Shown here piece by piece: positions 21,716 through 33,068 of a stretch of DNA of 64,000 nucleotides. How positions within the stretch are numbered: the first letter of the stretch is position 1; each line of letters begins with the position of its first letter. The position numbers and the translations under genes were made by a program. This DNA comes from an uncultured Acidobacteriota bacterium. GTDB lineage: Bacteria; Acidobacteriota; Blastocatellia; RBC074. Below the pieces are notes generated by a model. That model had not been told where the DNA came from. It worked only from the letters and a program-made list of their open reading frames with translations, and made no database searches. The DNA is taken from contig CAWCKY010000006.1 of assembly GCA_963796275.1 (NCBI GenBank), positions 256,001 to 320,000 of the forward strand. Direction: 5' to 3'.

Positions 21716-24304
21716 ATGAAGATCAGCGGTAATTATTCGCTGAAAATATCTGTGGCTCGGTTGCTGGTCTGGGCTATTCTTTCGCTTTCAGTCATGGGGC
21801 ACCTGGGACTGGCCGAGCCGGTAGATAGAGAGCAGAAAATGGTCTTAATCATCGGCCATACGCGAAAAGACTCGCCGTTTCAGAATTATGTAGGTGGTAT
21901 TCTCAAGCGAGCCATCACAGATCGTTATACCGGCCGGATCGTTTTTTACGAGGAGTTCGTTGACTCTCAACGATTCACTGATCCGGATCTATATTCTGCG
22001 CTTCGCGATTTTCTATTTCAGAAATACCAGGGAAAGAGACTCGATCTGATCATCCCCGTCGGGGGGGCGGCGGTCGATTTGGTCGGGAATTATGGGGACG
22101 AGATATTTCCCGAGGCGCAAGTCGTTTATTTAGGCGGCTCGCGCGAGATTCCCGTGGAATCGCGAGCGCGGATGAACTCCACCGGCGTCATTACCAATGT
22201 GAATTTTAAGAACACGATCGACCTTGCCATGCACTTGCAGCCCGATGTGAATCACGTGGTTGTAGTCAACGACGAGTCAGAATTCGGCAAGAATTACCTT
22301 AAGCTTTTTAGTCAAGATGTCCGAGAATTCGATGACCGTCTCACCTTCACCTATCTGAACGGTATGAGGATGGATGAGATTAAAGAGAAGGTAGCCAATC
22401 TACCGCGAGGCTCGATCGTATTTTTCTTAAATTACGCGGAAGATATAACTGGTAACAGATACAATGCTACTGAAGCCATTTATCAGATCGCAACGGCGGC
22501 GAACGCGCCTACCTACAGTTGGATCGACGCCTGGATGATCCCTGAAGTAGTGGGGGGCAGTATGCTGGATGTTAACGCGGTTGCCGGTGAGGCGGCAGGG
22601 ATGGCTTTACAGGTTTTGCGGGGAGAGAACCCGACGAATATTCCGATCAAAGAGTATAGGTCTGATGCCATCACGTTGAGCATGCCTCAGCTCAAGCGGT
22701 GGGGTGTCAGCGAAAATAGACTACCGCGCGGAAGCCTGATCGTTTACCGGGACCCGACGTTCTGGCAGCAGTATAAATATTATGTGATAGCCGCGTTCTC
22801 GATCATGACCGCCCAGGGCCTGCTCATCGGCTTACTGTTGTTGGAGCGTCAGAGGCGAAGATCGGCCACGCGAGGGCTGCGAAAAAGTGAGGAGCAATTC
22901 CGCTTGTTATTTGAGAATAGTAAAGACGCGATCCTGATCGCGGACGATAAGGGAGACTTCGTTCAGATAAATCAGGCCGCGTGTTTTTTACTGGGCTACC
23001 CTAAGGAAGAGCTGATGGAGATGAACATCTCAGGCGTAATCTCGGCGATCTCTCCAGGCGCGGACTTCGATCTACAGAGCTATAGCGAGCAAGGGTATAT
23101 GATCGGAGAGTGGTCTTTTGTGCGTCACGATGGAGAGCATCGAACGAGCGAATTCACCGCTTGCCGGTTCGCGCCCGGTCTGCACCTGGGCATTCTCCGT
23201 GACGTCACCGAGCGCAAGCGCGCGGAGGAGGAGATAAGAGTCTCGGAGGAGCGATTTTCCAAAGCTTTCCGCGCCAGCCCTGATGTCATCATCATCATCC
23301 GCCAGGCCGACCGGCGAGTCATCGATATTAACGACAGTTGCGAGCGGATGTTTGGAGTCAGCCGCCGGGAAATCATCGGGCGCACGCCAGTCGAGCTCGA
23401 GCCATATTCCAATGGGGAAGAAGGTGAGCGATTGCGCCACCTGATCGATCAAGTGGGATCACTGCACAACGTGGAGGCGGCTATCCGGACCAGCTCAGGG
23501 GAGATGCGACAGACAAGCATCGCCACCGAGACAATCGTCATCAATGGCGAGCCGTGTTTCATCTCGATAATTCACGATATCACCGAGCGTAAAAAGGCGG
23601 AGGATGCGCTCCGGGAACTGACGGCGAGGTTACTCAAGCTACAGGACGAAGAGCGGCGTCGAATCGCGAGAGAACTGCACGATGTGACGGCACAGAACTT
23701 ATTCGCGATCCATTCTCACCTGTCGCTGTTGATACAAGGCCGGTATCAGCCGGCTGAGGTGAATAAAAAGCTGGTGGATTGCCATAGATTTGTTAATGAA
23801 TCTCTCAAAGAAATACGGACATTCTCGTACCTGCTCCACCCCCCCATGCTTGAACATGCCGGTCTGGCCGATACCTTACAGTGGTACGTCGATGGGTTTA
23901 TCAAACGCAGCGACATCTATGTCGACCTGGATGTATCGGAGGATATCGATCGCCTACTGCCGGATATCGAGATCGCTTTTTTCCGTATCGTTCAGGAGAG
24001 CCTGGCTAATATTCAACGTCACTCAGGCAGCAGCACGGCAAGCATCAGTCTGGAGGAACAGGGAGGCCAGCTCGTCCTTCGGATAAAAGATGCCGGTCAG
24101 GGAATACCGCTCAGGGACAGGCCGCAAGAGTCAACCAAGAGCTTCCTTTTGGGAGTCGGGATACCGGGGATGCGCGAACGGATGCGCCAGCTTGGCGGGG
24201 GGTTGGAGATCGAGTCGGACAGCGAGGGAACTACCGTAACGGCGACCGTGCCGCTGACGGGCGCGAAGGAGTTGGTCCATGATTCGTATTCTGTTGGCAG
24301 ATGA
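21716..24304 (+). CDS. Sensor histidine kinase (periplasmic SBP-like domain, TM, two PAS, HisKA_3, HATPase)
   Basis: ERRRIARELHD, QESLANIQRHS, DAGQG, GVGIPGMRER. Confidence 0.95.
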   Translation: MKISGNYSLKISVARLLVWAILSLSVMGHLGLAEPVDREQKMVLIIGHTRKDSPFQNYVGGILKRAITDRYTGRIVFYEEFVDSQRFTDPDLYSALRDFLFQKYQGKRLDLIIPVGGAAVDLVGNYGDEIFPEAQVVYLGGSREIPVESRARMNSTGVITNVNFKNTIDLAMHLQPDVNHVVVVNDESEFGKNYLKLFSQDVREFDDRLTFTYLNGMRMDEIKEKVANLPRGSIVFFLNYAEDITGNRYNATEAIYQIATAANAPTYSWIDAWMIPEVVGGSMLDVNAVAGEAAGMALQVLRGENPTNIPIKEYRSDAITLSMPQLKRWGVSENRLPRGSLIVYRDPTFWQQYKYYVIAAFSIMTAQGLLIGLLLLERQRRRSATRGLRKSEEQFRLLFENSKDAILIADDKGDFVQINQAACFLLGYPKEELMEMNISGVISAISPGADFDLQSYSEQGYMIGEWSFVRHDGEHRTSEFTACRFAPGLHLGILRDVTERKRAEEEIRVSEERFSKAFRASPDVIIIIRQADRRVIDINDSCERMFGVSRREIIGRTPVELEPYSNGEEGERLRHLIDQVGSLHNVEAAIRTSSGEMRQTSIATETIVINGEPCFISIIHDITERKKAEDALRELTARLLKLQDEERRRIARELHDVTAQNLFAIHSHLSLLIQGRYQPAEVNKKLVDCHRFVNESLKEIRTFSYLLHPPMLEHAGLADTLQWYVDGFIKRSDIYVDLDVSEDIDRLLPDIEIAFFRIVQESLANIQRHSGSSTASISLEEQGGQLVLRIKDAGQGIPLRDRPQESTKSFLLGVGIPGMRERMRQLGGGLEIESDSEGTTVTATVPLTGAKELVHDSYSVGR

Positions 24305-24917
24305 TCACGACATAACGCGTCTGGGAATTCGCGAAATGTTGAGCGGATATGAAGGCCTCGATGTTTGCGGCGAGGCGAGCAATGGGCGGGAAGCCGTCAA
24401 ACTGGCTGAAGAGTTGAAGCCGGATATAGTACTGCTGGACATTGACATGCCCGAGTTGAGCGGGATCGAAGCGACCCGTCAGATAAAGAAGCTTCTGCCG
24501 GAAACTGAAGTGCTTATCTATACTATGCACGACGCCGAGCAATTGATTCGCCGAGCGCTGATGGCCGGAGCGCGCGGCTTCGTTCTCAAATCCGATATTT
24601 ATAATAAGTTGATCGAAGCCATTGAAGCGCTATCGCGACATAAGCCGTTCCTGAATGTCCAGGCGTCCGAGACGGTGCTTGATAGCTTCGTCAAGAGCGC
24701 CACCGAATCTGAAGAAGATGCGGTACTGACAGATAGGGAGCGGGAGATTGTCCAGCTGCTGGCGGAAGGAAAATCGAATAAAGAGATCGCTGCGACTCTG
24801 GGAATCAGCATCAGAACAGTCGAGACACATCGCAGGGCGATAATGAATAAGCTCAAGGCTGGCTCATTTGCCGAGCTGGTCCACTATGCGATCCGAAATA
24901 AGATGATCAGTGTGTAG
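24279..24917 (+). CDS. NarL-family response regulator, cognate of the 21716 kinase
   Basis: LADDH, LDIDMP, LTDREREIVQLLAEG. Overlaps the end of the kinase. Confidence 0.95.
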   Translation: MIRILLADDHDITRLGIREMLSGYEGLDVCGEASNGREAVKLAEELKPDIVLLDIDMPELSGIEATRQIKKLLPETEVLIYTMHDAEQLIRRALMAGARGFVLKSDIYNKLIEAIEALSRHKPFLNVQASETVLDSFVKSATESEEDAVLTDREREIVQLLAEGKSNKEIAATLGISIRTVETHRRAIMNKLKAGSFAELVHYAIRNKMISV

Positions 24918-25157
24918 TATTTTTGGACGGTTCCATTCGATCTATAACATTCCATTCAAGAAATTACCGCCAACGTTAGGGAAATGCACGGTAACCGATC
25001 GGATTCATCTCACACCGGAAAGCCCACTACGTAGTAATGGCTCATCTGTCTACGTAAAATCAGTACGTTAAATAGCAGGGACAACGAATAGCGGTAGCCT
25101 TAGCCCACTGTTACTCTCATCCACGAAGCGGAAGTCTGCTCCCTATAACATTGAAGG

Positions 25158-25718
25158 ATGGCGAGTATGAGTGAGTTGATGATCATCAGTTTCAAACAAC
25201 TACACCGAGCCTCTGAAGTCCTCAATGAACTGCGTCAGCGGGATTGGGACTGGGTCGCCGATCTGAATCACGCGGTCGTCGTAAGGTACGACGGAAAAAA
25301 TAGGCTTCGAGTAGATCTAAGCATTGATCCGAGAAATCAGGAGGATGTGGCATGGGCCCGACTATGGGGAACGTTACTCAACATGATTCTTGCTGAAACT
25401 GTCAATCATGGGATTGCCGAGGCAGCCGGAGGCCTGACAAACATTTACAGCCTGGAATCACCTTCCGATTACAGCTTCGATGAATCGGAGATTGCCGTGA
25501 ATTGGTGGATCAAGGGGATCGGCATCTCCCCTCAATTCATAAGCGGTGCCGGCGCAATTATAGAACCGGGCGGATCAGCGCTTCTGATGATTTTGCAAAC
25601 AGACGATCCGATAGCTGTTTTGAAGAAGCTTAGGGACTATGGCGGAACTTTGCTGCGCACATCATTCAGTCTGGAACAGGATGCAAAATTGTATGATGCG
25701 CTGGCCGGCAGATTTTGA
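25158..25718 (+). CDS. DUF1269-family protein
   Basis: AVVVR, GIS..FI, PGGSAL, GGTLLRTSFS. Confidence 0.8.
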   Translation: MASMSELMIISFKQLHRASEVLNELRQRDWDWVADLNHAVVVRYDGKNRLRVDLSIDPRNQEDVAWARLWGTLLNMILAETVNHGIAEAAGGLTNIYSLESPSDYSFDESEIAVNWWIKGIGISPQFISGAGAIIEPGGSALLMILQTDDPIAVLKKLRDYGGTLLRTSFSLEQDAKLYDALAGRF

Positions 25719-25993
25719 CAGTGTGTCGCATTTCATTGAAGGGAAGCCGATCGGATTTCTCCGAATCATTGAGGCTTATTATGCAGAGGAAGCGCGTGCC
25801 AATACTGAGTTGCGCTTTATGGGCGCCGCTGAGAGGCGGACACGTTGGGTGCCCTTCGGGGCAACAGGGTAACGCTCTCGCCGGAGTGTCGGTTTACTCG
25901 GGCAGGAGAACTTGAAGGGAAAAGAATTTGAGCGCGCGGTAATCTTCGCGCTCGCCGTAGACCGAAAGAGGAATTAACGAGGGAGGAATTAAT

Positions 25994-26599
25994 ATGAAAA
26001 AATTGATTACGATCATATCTTTGATGCTATTGACCGCACTTCCAGCTTGGGCACAGCAGCAGCCCGAATACGGCACGGAGAACCACTTAAGCTTCGGTTA
26101 CACAACGCAGACGGGAAACTTCGGACCCAATGGATTCGAGGTTGGACTCGATTACCGGTTGCGGGAATTCCTGGCAATTGCGGGTGAAGGCAGCTTCCTG
26201 TTCACGGGCGATACCGTCAACAACGTGCGGACGAATCTCAGTCCTACTGGGTTTGTTAATATGAGAGTATCCACCAACGCCCAGAACTTTCAGGCAGGGC
26301 CGCGCTTCTTCTTTCCACGCGCCCTCCGCCAGCCCAAGCTGGTTCCATTCGCACATCTGCTGTTCGGCGTGAGCCGGGCGAGCACAGACTTCGAGCTTAC
26401 GGAAGAGGATGATCAAATAGGCAGCTCCTCCGACACCAACTGGTCCTGGTCTCTGGGCGGGGGAGTGGACTACTGGGTCAACAAGAAATGGGCAGTGCGC
26501 GCGAAGGTAGACCTTTTGAAGACGCACTTACAGAGTGACAGCCAGACGAATGCGCGAATTATGGTGGGCATGTCCTACAACTTCGACTTCAAGAAGTAA
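25994..26599 (+). CDS. Small outer-membrane beta-barrel protein (OmpA/OmpW-like)
   Basis: Signal peptide AWA-Q, AGPRF, PFAHLLFG, LGGGVDY, terminal YNF strand. Confidence 0.85.
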   Translation: MKKLITIISLMLLTALPAWAQQQPEYGTENHLSFGYTTQTGNFGPNGFEVGLDYRLREFLAIAGEGSFLFTGDTVNNVRTNLSPTGFVNMRVSTNAQNFQAGPRFFFPRALRQPKLVPFAHLLFGVSRASTDFELTEEDDQIGSSSDTNWSWSLGGGVDYWVNKKWAVRAKVDLLKTHLQSDSQTNARIMVGMSYNFDFKK

Positions 26600-27323
26600 A
26601 AAGTAGTGAAAGAATTTTCGTATCGGACCTGTCAGCAGTCAGATATCGAGAAGAGATGAGATAAATTTGAGGTCTACTCATAAACACCGTGAGAAAGACC
26701 AGTGGCTTCCCGGCGATGCACACATCATCCTGATCGTCCTTCTGGGCGATGTCGGTTTCAGTTTGTCGTAACGTAGTGCGGAAGCGGCGTCGTCTTGTGC
26801 ATCGATTCCAACCCATCATCATTCTAGGGTCAGCCTGCCGGATCCGAAGATGCAATAATAAATCGCCCGATTGTTGCCGGCGTAGTACTGGAGGGCCGGC
26901 CACAGGCTGTCCCAAACTGCCACACCGCCGTCCATCAATACCACTCACCGATCACTTTTTAATTTTTTCAACGCATGGTTCGTCAGTTTGCGCCGCGCGA
27001 CAAACCGGAGATCGCTTCAGTGGTGTTAGTCGAAAACAGCGGCTACGGGGGGAGATCAAGGCTGAAGCAATCTATCGATCTTATTCCCGGCGCACGCCCG
27101 GTCTTCCGCCTGACACTTTGATAGCGGCAGGTGGGGATGCACGCGTTTCCGGGAGATTTCCGGCGTGCAGCGGTCAGAGTATGCGAAACGACAGGAGCTA
27201 CTAAATGAGCCGAGCAACCAGGTTGCCCAGGGTGCAGCTATCCCGGTGCGTCGTTATATCGATTCTCGTATGTTCCGCATTCTCGCAGCCGTTCAGACAT
27301 TCACTTCGCCGGGATTACCTCAT

Positions 27324-27800
27324 TTAAACCCGCGTTGCAGCTTGTCGCGGGCGGTGTTCGCAGATCGCCTTGCAAGTGCGCAATACATCTTCGATTGTGA
27401 AACCTGACATCTGCTTACCGCCAGCTTCCTCAGTGTGGTTCAGGATGTCGTAGAGCGACAGGATACCCTGAAGTATTCCGTCGTTATCGGTTACGGGAAG
27501 ACGCCGAACTTTGCTCTGCCGCATCGTCTTGAGGGCCGACTGGATATCTTCGTCAGGTGAAACGGCATAGACATGCCCGGATATGACTTCGTAAACAGCG
27601 ATCTCCGAAGGGTGCCGCCCCCTGGTTGCCGCAGCCATAGCGATGTCGCGATCGGTAATCAGGCCGATTACTCTGCCAGACTCATCCACCACAGGAAGCA
27701 CGCCGCAATCGGTGTCCCACATAATTGCCGCAGCCGCGGACAGATTGGTCTCAGGACGGCAGGATTGTACGTTTCCGGTCATCAAGTCTCCTACTTTCAT
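27324..27800 (-). CDS. CBS-pair domain protein
   Basis: MKVGDLMT, LPVVD..GLITDRDI, VRRLPV..GILS. Confidence 0.93.
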   Translation of the reverse strand: MKVGDLMTGNVQSCRPETNLSAAAAIMWDTDCGVLPVVDESGRVIGLITDRDIAMAAATRGRHPSEIAVYEVISGHVYAVSPDEDIQSALKTMRQSKVRRLPVTDNDGILQGILSLYDILNHTEEAGGKQMSGFTIEDVLRTCKAICEHRPRQAATRV

Positions 27801-28339
27801 AGCTAATCTCCATGTGCTTCATGCTTGTGCAATTAAAGTGCTCGTGGTTGATCGTTAATAGCTTCTGTACGGCTCCGGAAGAGGCCCGATTGTTAAAGGT
27901 TTGATGACCGTATTTTGCCGCTCCTCCTGAACTCGCGAGATTGGTAGATCAAGGACTATCGACATTGCGCATCGCTGGCGCTCAGGGCCGAAAAGCATCG
28001 ATTCCAGTTGCTAATAATTTGCACACTTTTTTTATTTAATATGGCCTGCGTCTTTTCATCGGAGAAATCTTATCTCGCGTATATAGCCAGTGCCATACTG
28101 TGATGGGAGGATACAAATTCGGGTTTCCCGGCACAGTTTTGCCGATCAATTCCGTCAGGAGGATATGAACCAGGGGAAGAAAGTGTATGAGAAAAACGGT
28201 CTGAATTAAACTGAAAAAAGCGAAATACTTCGCTTTGAATCAGTAATAAGAGTTGGGTGAAAAAATGAGTCGACAGCTCTAAAAACTATTTCGCATCGGT
28301 ATTTTTGATCTTCAGCTAACGGCTTTTCACAAACCAAAT

Positions 28340-28530
28340 AAGCGCACGGAGTGCGGGAAAACCCTAGCCCAGGATGGAGTCGAAGGCGGAGCCCCGGGTT
28401 GTGTCTCATCAGGTCATGCGAGCCCACGGAGTGCGCGATAAACCTCAAGGTTGCATGCGTTGATCCCAAACTCTGTCGCCCATTTCATGGGCTCCAAACT
28501 ATATCACGAGCGTACCAAGGGCTTCGCCTT
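28340..28530. repeat. Degenerate REP/MITE-like element
   Basis: Direct repeat CACGGAGTGCG x2, small hairpins, and CGAAGGCGGAGCCC pairing with GGGCTTCGCCTTCG. Confidence 0.45.
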
Positions 28531-28792
28531 CGATGAACCGCTTCTGCGCATGCGTCTGAGTATGGCGGTTGAGATGCTGCGAACCGCAGAGTTAGTCGTC
28601 TCTCTGGTAGTTAGAGAGGGATCGCCCCGGCAGGTGATACTGGACGAGGGGGCGAGGTATGGAGCGCGCTGCATCTTTCTCAGCGGGGATGATCGCGGCG
28701 GCTTCAGGAAATTGTTTTTCGGCAGCACTGCGGCGGCTGTTGCTTCAAAGCTCAATGCACGGTTGAGGTGGTACGCGAAAAGCCTCAGATAA
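28530..28792 (+). pseudogene. Universal stress protein C-terminal fragment
   Basis: VREGSPRQVILD..A.CIFL.G...GFRKLFFGSTAAAVA. No N-terminus present. Confidence 0.7.
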
Positions 28793-29283
28793 CAACGGAC
28801 ATCGGTATTAGATGGAAAGTTCCCGAGCAAACAGTATTAGACGCAGTAACCAAGATCTTCAGTACGGGAAGCTTAGTGATGCGGTCATCAATAAGCCATC
28901 AATAATCCATCCAGAATCCTTCCAGACTCAAGGTCGGGCGATCGCTCTGAATATGTCTCCTTTCTGTTCCAGATTCATAATTGACAATTCTTGAAGTTTC
29001 CTGACCACAGGTCCTTATGTTTCGGACGATCGGTAGTTGTGGCATTCTGCAACATGGACTGAATGATATCTCACGGATCTCACGGAACCGTTCGGAACGC
29101 GCGATTCTGTTGAATGTGGCAAGAAAATTGCAAATTGTAATTAGTGTAATTAATGTGAATGAAGAATTGAAGATATGAGAGCTATTCCGACATACGTTAT
29201 CCATTTTAAAAACAGCTGAAATGCGCTAACTTGCTTGGTTGGACGACTAGCAGCAATACAGGCAGCAGATATAGGTACGGGGA

Positions 29284-30798
29284 ATGCGCACAGGCACAAA
29301 ACTGATTATCTTTCTGACTGTGGCCGTGGGCACGGTAATGACGCTCGGCGGGTATTACATGCTACGTCAACGCGAAGCGATTTTAGAAACAGCAATGCGC
29401 AATGAGCTGCGCGCACACGCTGCAACGTTGAAGATAGCGCTCGAAGACGCATATCGCAGCGGGCGCACCGGCGATGTACAGCGACTGATAAACCGGCTGA
29501 GCGAGGACCCGAAGGTATATAGCGTGACGCTGTTCGACGAGACCGGGCGATCGATGATGTCATCCAATCCGCTTGCGGCTGATGTAGTTCGCAATCCTCC
29601 ACAGGCTCAGGAGGTGATCGCGACCAGCCGGACGGCAGAAGTCGATTCGAACCAGGATTTGGTTTCGTTGATTATTCCGATCCGCGTCGGCGAATCGCGG
29701 CGCGGGGCGTTTGAAATAACCCAGCCGAGGTCATTCATAAAAGCCGATTTCGCGCGTGCGCGCCGGGATATCGCCTACGTTGCGCTCGCGCTCTTTGCTG
29801 CCATCGTTCTGGTAGTGCTGGCCGTAATGCGCCGGAGTCTGTTGAAGCCTATCAATGAACTGCTGGGCGGCGCAGTCGCCATCGGTCACGGTGATCTCGC
29901 GTACCGCGTCATTGTCCCTGAACACGGCGGTGAGCTGGCGCAGCTGGCCCGTGAATTCAATCGCATGGCGGATAGTCTCGATGAGCAGATGCACGCTGTA
30001 TCGCGCGAGGCTGAGGGGCGGCTCGCGCTTGAACGAGAGCTGCGTCACAAAGAGCGGCTGGCATCAGTCGGGCGCCTGGCGGCAGGCATTGCACACGAAA
30101 TGGGAGCGCCGTTGAATGTCATCAAAGGTCGCGCTGAGATATTAAGGCAACGTCATGATCTGCCGCAGGAGCGGCGCGACCGCAATCTGGATATTATCAA
30201 TGCGCAGGCCGACGGGATCGCCCGCATCGTTCGCCAATTGCTGACGCTCGCGCGCCCATTCAATCTGAGGAGGGAAGTTTTAGATGCGGCGCAATTGATT
30301 GACGATGTGCGCGAATTGATCGAGCCGGAAGCCGCTAAAGACGGACTTCGAATCGAGGTCAGGGCCGGCGTGAAAAAACAGATAGACGGTGACCGGGATT
30401 TGCTGCATCAAATATTGTTGAACATCTGTCTCAATGGCTTGCAGGCAATGGAGGAAGGCGGGAGGCTGAATATGGAGTTGCTCGATGGAGATGTCATCAG
30501 AAATGATGGTCACTTCGTAGCGATTCAGGTTTCAGACACCGGGCCGGGAATCTCACCTGACAATCTGCATCACATCTTCGACCCGTTTTTTACGACCAAA
30601 GATGTCGGGCAGGGATCGGGTCTCGGATTAGCCGTTTCGCATCGAATCGTCGAAGAACATGGCGGATGGATTGAAGTCCGGAACCAGCAAGCGGGAGGTG
30701 CGGTGTTCACGGTTTATCTACCTAAGGCAGGCATTGCAGAAGAAGCATCCGAGGAGTCGCCTGTGACTCCTGAAGCAATGAATATCAGCTGGAAATAG
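29284..30798 (+). CDS. HAMP-domain sensor histidine kinase (NtrB/AtoS-like)
   Basis: Two TMs, [32 protein letters not shown]. Confidence 0.95.
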   Translation: MRTGTKLIIFLTVAVGTVMTLGGYYMLRQREAILETAMRNELRAHAATLKIALEDAYRSGRTGDVQRLINRLSEDPKVYSVTLFDETGRSMMSSNPLAADVVRNPPQAQEVIATSRTAEVDSNQDLVSLIIPIRVGESRRGAFEITQPRSFIKADFARARRDIAYVALALFAAIVLVVLAVMRRSLLKPINELLGGAVAIGHGDLAYRVIVPEHGGELAQLAREFNRMADSLDEQMHAVSREAEGRLALERELRHKERLASVGRLAAGIAHEMGAPLNVIKGRAEILRQRHDLPQERRDRNLDIINAQADGIARIVRQLLTLARPFNLRREVLDAAQLIDDVRELIEPEAAKDGLRIEVRAGVKKQIDGDRDLLHQILLNICLNGLQAMEEGGRLNMELLDGDVIRNDGHFVAIQVSDTGPGISPDNLHHIFDPFFTTKDVGQGSGLGLAVSHRIVEEHGGWIEVRNQQAGGAVFTVYLPKAGIAEEASEESPVTPEAMNISWK

Positions 30799-30849
30799 GC
30801 AGTTCAAATAAACTGCTCTACCTACTGATTAAAGAGGGAGGACCGCAAT

Positions 30850-32220
30850 ATGAACGCACGATTGTTGATCGCAGAAGACAATGCGGATATGCGTGAGTTT
30901 CTGCAGGAGGTCCTTGAGGACGCGGGTTACAACACAGTTTCGGCCATCGATGGGCGTGAGGCTCTCGCCTTCATCGAACGCATCAGCCAGATGATCGATC
31001 TCGTCATAACGGATGTCCAGATGCCCGGCGTGAAGGGCGATGAGCTGTTGACTATCATCCGATCACATCGTCCCGAAACGCCCGTCATTGTCATCACCGC
31101 ATTCGGTTCGGTCGAGCAGGCGGTAGAGATGGTCAAAATGGGCGCCTTCCAGTATCTAACCAAGCCCTTCCCGTCCGCCGATCTTCTGCGGCTGATAGAT
31201 GAAGCGCTCGAGCTCAGCGCTCCGCATCGCGAACAGGCGCGGTTACGACGCGAATCCCCCGTCACTCCGGCGAAGATCATCGGCGCCTCCCTGCCGATGC
31301 GACAGTTATTCGATCTGCTCTCCGTCGCAGCGCGTAATACCAGCACGATTCTGATAACAGGCGAATCGGGCACGGGTAAAGAACTGGTGGGCCGGGCTAT
31401 TCATGAGATGTCGGAGCGCAAGGGCGCATTCGTGCCGGTCAACTGCGCGGCGATTCCGGCCGACCTGATCGAAGCGGAGTTATTCGGGCACACGGGCAGC
31501 GCTTTTACGGGAGCGAAACAGGCGCGGTCAGGGCTCTTTGAAGCGGCTGACGGGGGGACGATCTTTCTAGATGAAATCGGGGAATTGCCGATGTCAATGC
31601 AGCCGAAGATGCTGCGCGCATTGCAGGATGGGGCCGTGCGGCGCGTCGGCGAAAACCACGAGCGCAGGGTTGATGTGCGCGTGATCGCCGCTACGAACCG
31701 CGACCTGGAACAGGACGTCAAAGACGGGCGCTTCCGCGAAGACCTGTATTGGCGGCTCAATGTCATCCTGATCAACGTGCCGCCGCTGCGAGATCGCGCC
31801 TTCGATATCCCACTGCTCGTTGAACATTTCATCGCCAGCTCCTGTCATAGCGCAGGTAAGCCCATCCTCAGGGTTTCGCCGGAAGCGCTCGCATTGTTGA
31901 CTGCCTATCCATGGCCGGGGAATGTTCGTGAATTGGAGAATGCAATCGAACGCGCCGTGGCCTTCGCCCAGGGAGCGACTGTGGTGGCTGAAGATCTGCC
32001 CAAACGAGTCTTAGCGGGCGGCGGCGTATCGGCGATTATTGCTCGTTCCAGCGAGCAGAATCTCTCCCTGCGCGATCTAGAACGCGAATATATTTTCGAA
32101 ATGTTGCGTCGCACTGGCGGAAATAAAAAGCGCGCGGCGGAAATGTTGGGACTGGATCGTAAGACGCTTTATCGAAAACTTGAAGAATATGGTGCGGATG
32201 GCTATTGGCTGGAATTGTAG
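30850..32220 (+). CDS. NtrC-family sigma-54 response regulator
   Basis: Receiver (TDVQMP), [14 protein letters not shown] (variant of GAFTGA), WPGNVREL, Fis HTH. Confidence 0.95.
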   Translation: MNARLLIAEDNADMREFLQEVLEDAGYNTVSAIDGREALAFIERISQMIDLVITDVQMPGVKGDELLTIIRSHRPETPVIVITAFGSVEQAVEMVKMGAFQYLTKPFPSADLLRLIDEALELSAPHREQARLRRESPVTPAKIIGASLPMRQLFDLLSVAARNTSTILITGESGTGKELVGRAIHEMSERKGAFVPVNCAAIPADLIEAELFGHTGSAFTGAKQARSGLFEAADGGTIFLDEIGELPMSMQPKMLRALQDGAVRRVGENHERRVDVRVIAATNRDLEQDVKDGRFREDLYWRLNVILINVPPLRDRAFDIPLLVEHFIASSCHSAGKPILRVSPEALALLTAYPWPGNVRELENAIERAVAFAQGATVVAEDLPKRVLAGGGVSAIIARSSEQNLSLRDLEREYIFEMLRRTGGNKKRAAEMLGLDRKTLYRKLEEYGADGYWLEL

Positions 32221-32482
32221 CTTTCTGCCTCATTGTGAGGCTTAAAACCCCACCTGGATACTCACTATCTCCTCTCCTCCTTCTCTATCACGCGGAAGCA
32301 AACGTTCGCATAAGTCGCTGATACTGCTTGATTGTGGCCATCTAATATGACAAAAGTCGATGCTTGTTTCGGTTTTGTCGAAACAAATTCTATTTTGGAA
32401 ATAGATACTGAGCGGCACGTTCATTGCTTTATTTATGAAAAGAACAGTGTGGATTTTAGTTAACCTACCTAAGTGACAGCTT

Positions 32483-32540
32483 CAGCGGAGGTTGCGAAGT
32501 GAATTTTGATAAGTCCCCCAAGACTTCGCTGCCTCCGCTG
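32483..32540. other. Intergenic inverted repeat/hairpin
   Basis: CAGCGGAGGTTGCGAAGT ... ACTTCGCTGCCTCCGCTG, followed by AGTTTTT. Confidence 0.5.
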
Positions 32541-33068
32541 AGTTTTTCAATCATGAGAAAAATCGGTGTGTAATTATTTAGCCTGCGACAGGCTGATTCC
32601 TCTTGCGGGTTGCGGGCGTTTGCGTGGATGAATGTCATGGCCTGGTAGCTGTCAGAACCGTTGCCGCCATTACGATTTTATCAGTTCGATAAATGTCTCG
32701 TGCTTACTCGCGCAGCGACCGGGAATTACGATCTCGTTCTGGAATGTGGATTATTCCGTTCTGAAGAATTTCAGTCTGCCGTGGTGGAGTTTGCCGGCAT
32801 CTACCGCACGATGTTTCCCGGATCAAGGGGAGTGATATCGATCTCATAATGTTTCCTGACATCGCTTGTAATTCAGCGAATCATCGCCATAGTTCACAGC
32901 GAGCAATCTGAATGCAGCCGTTCCCGCGAGCGTGCTATTACTAGAGGGAAGCATTTTTGTGTCTCAAGAGATTGGATATCGAAATGAATGAGACGGCGGA
33001 TTGGCTGGTTTAGTAGTATTTTTAAAATCATTCCTTTATAGCGATGAAGCCTCGGGAAAGAAAACTCT

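Noticed and set aside
28129-28143. Sigma-54 promoter CGGCACAGTTTTGC
   Set aside because: GG-GC spacing is one base short and there is no intact downstream gene.
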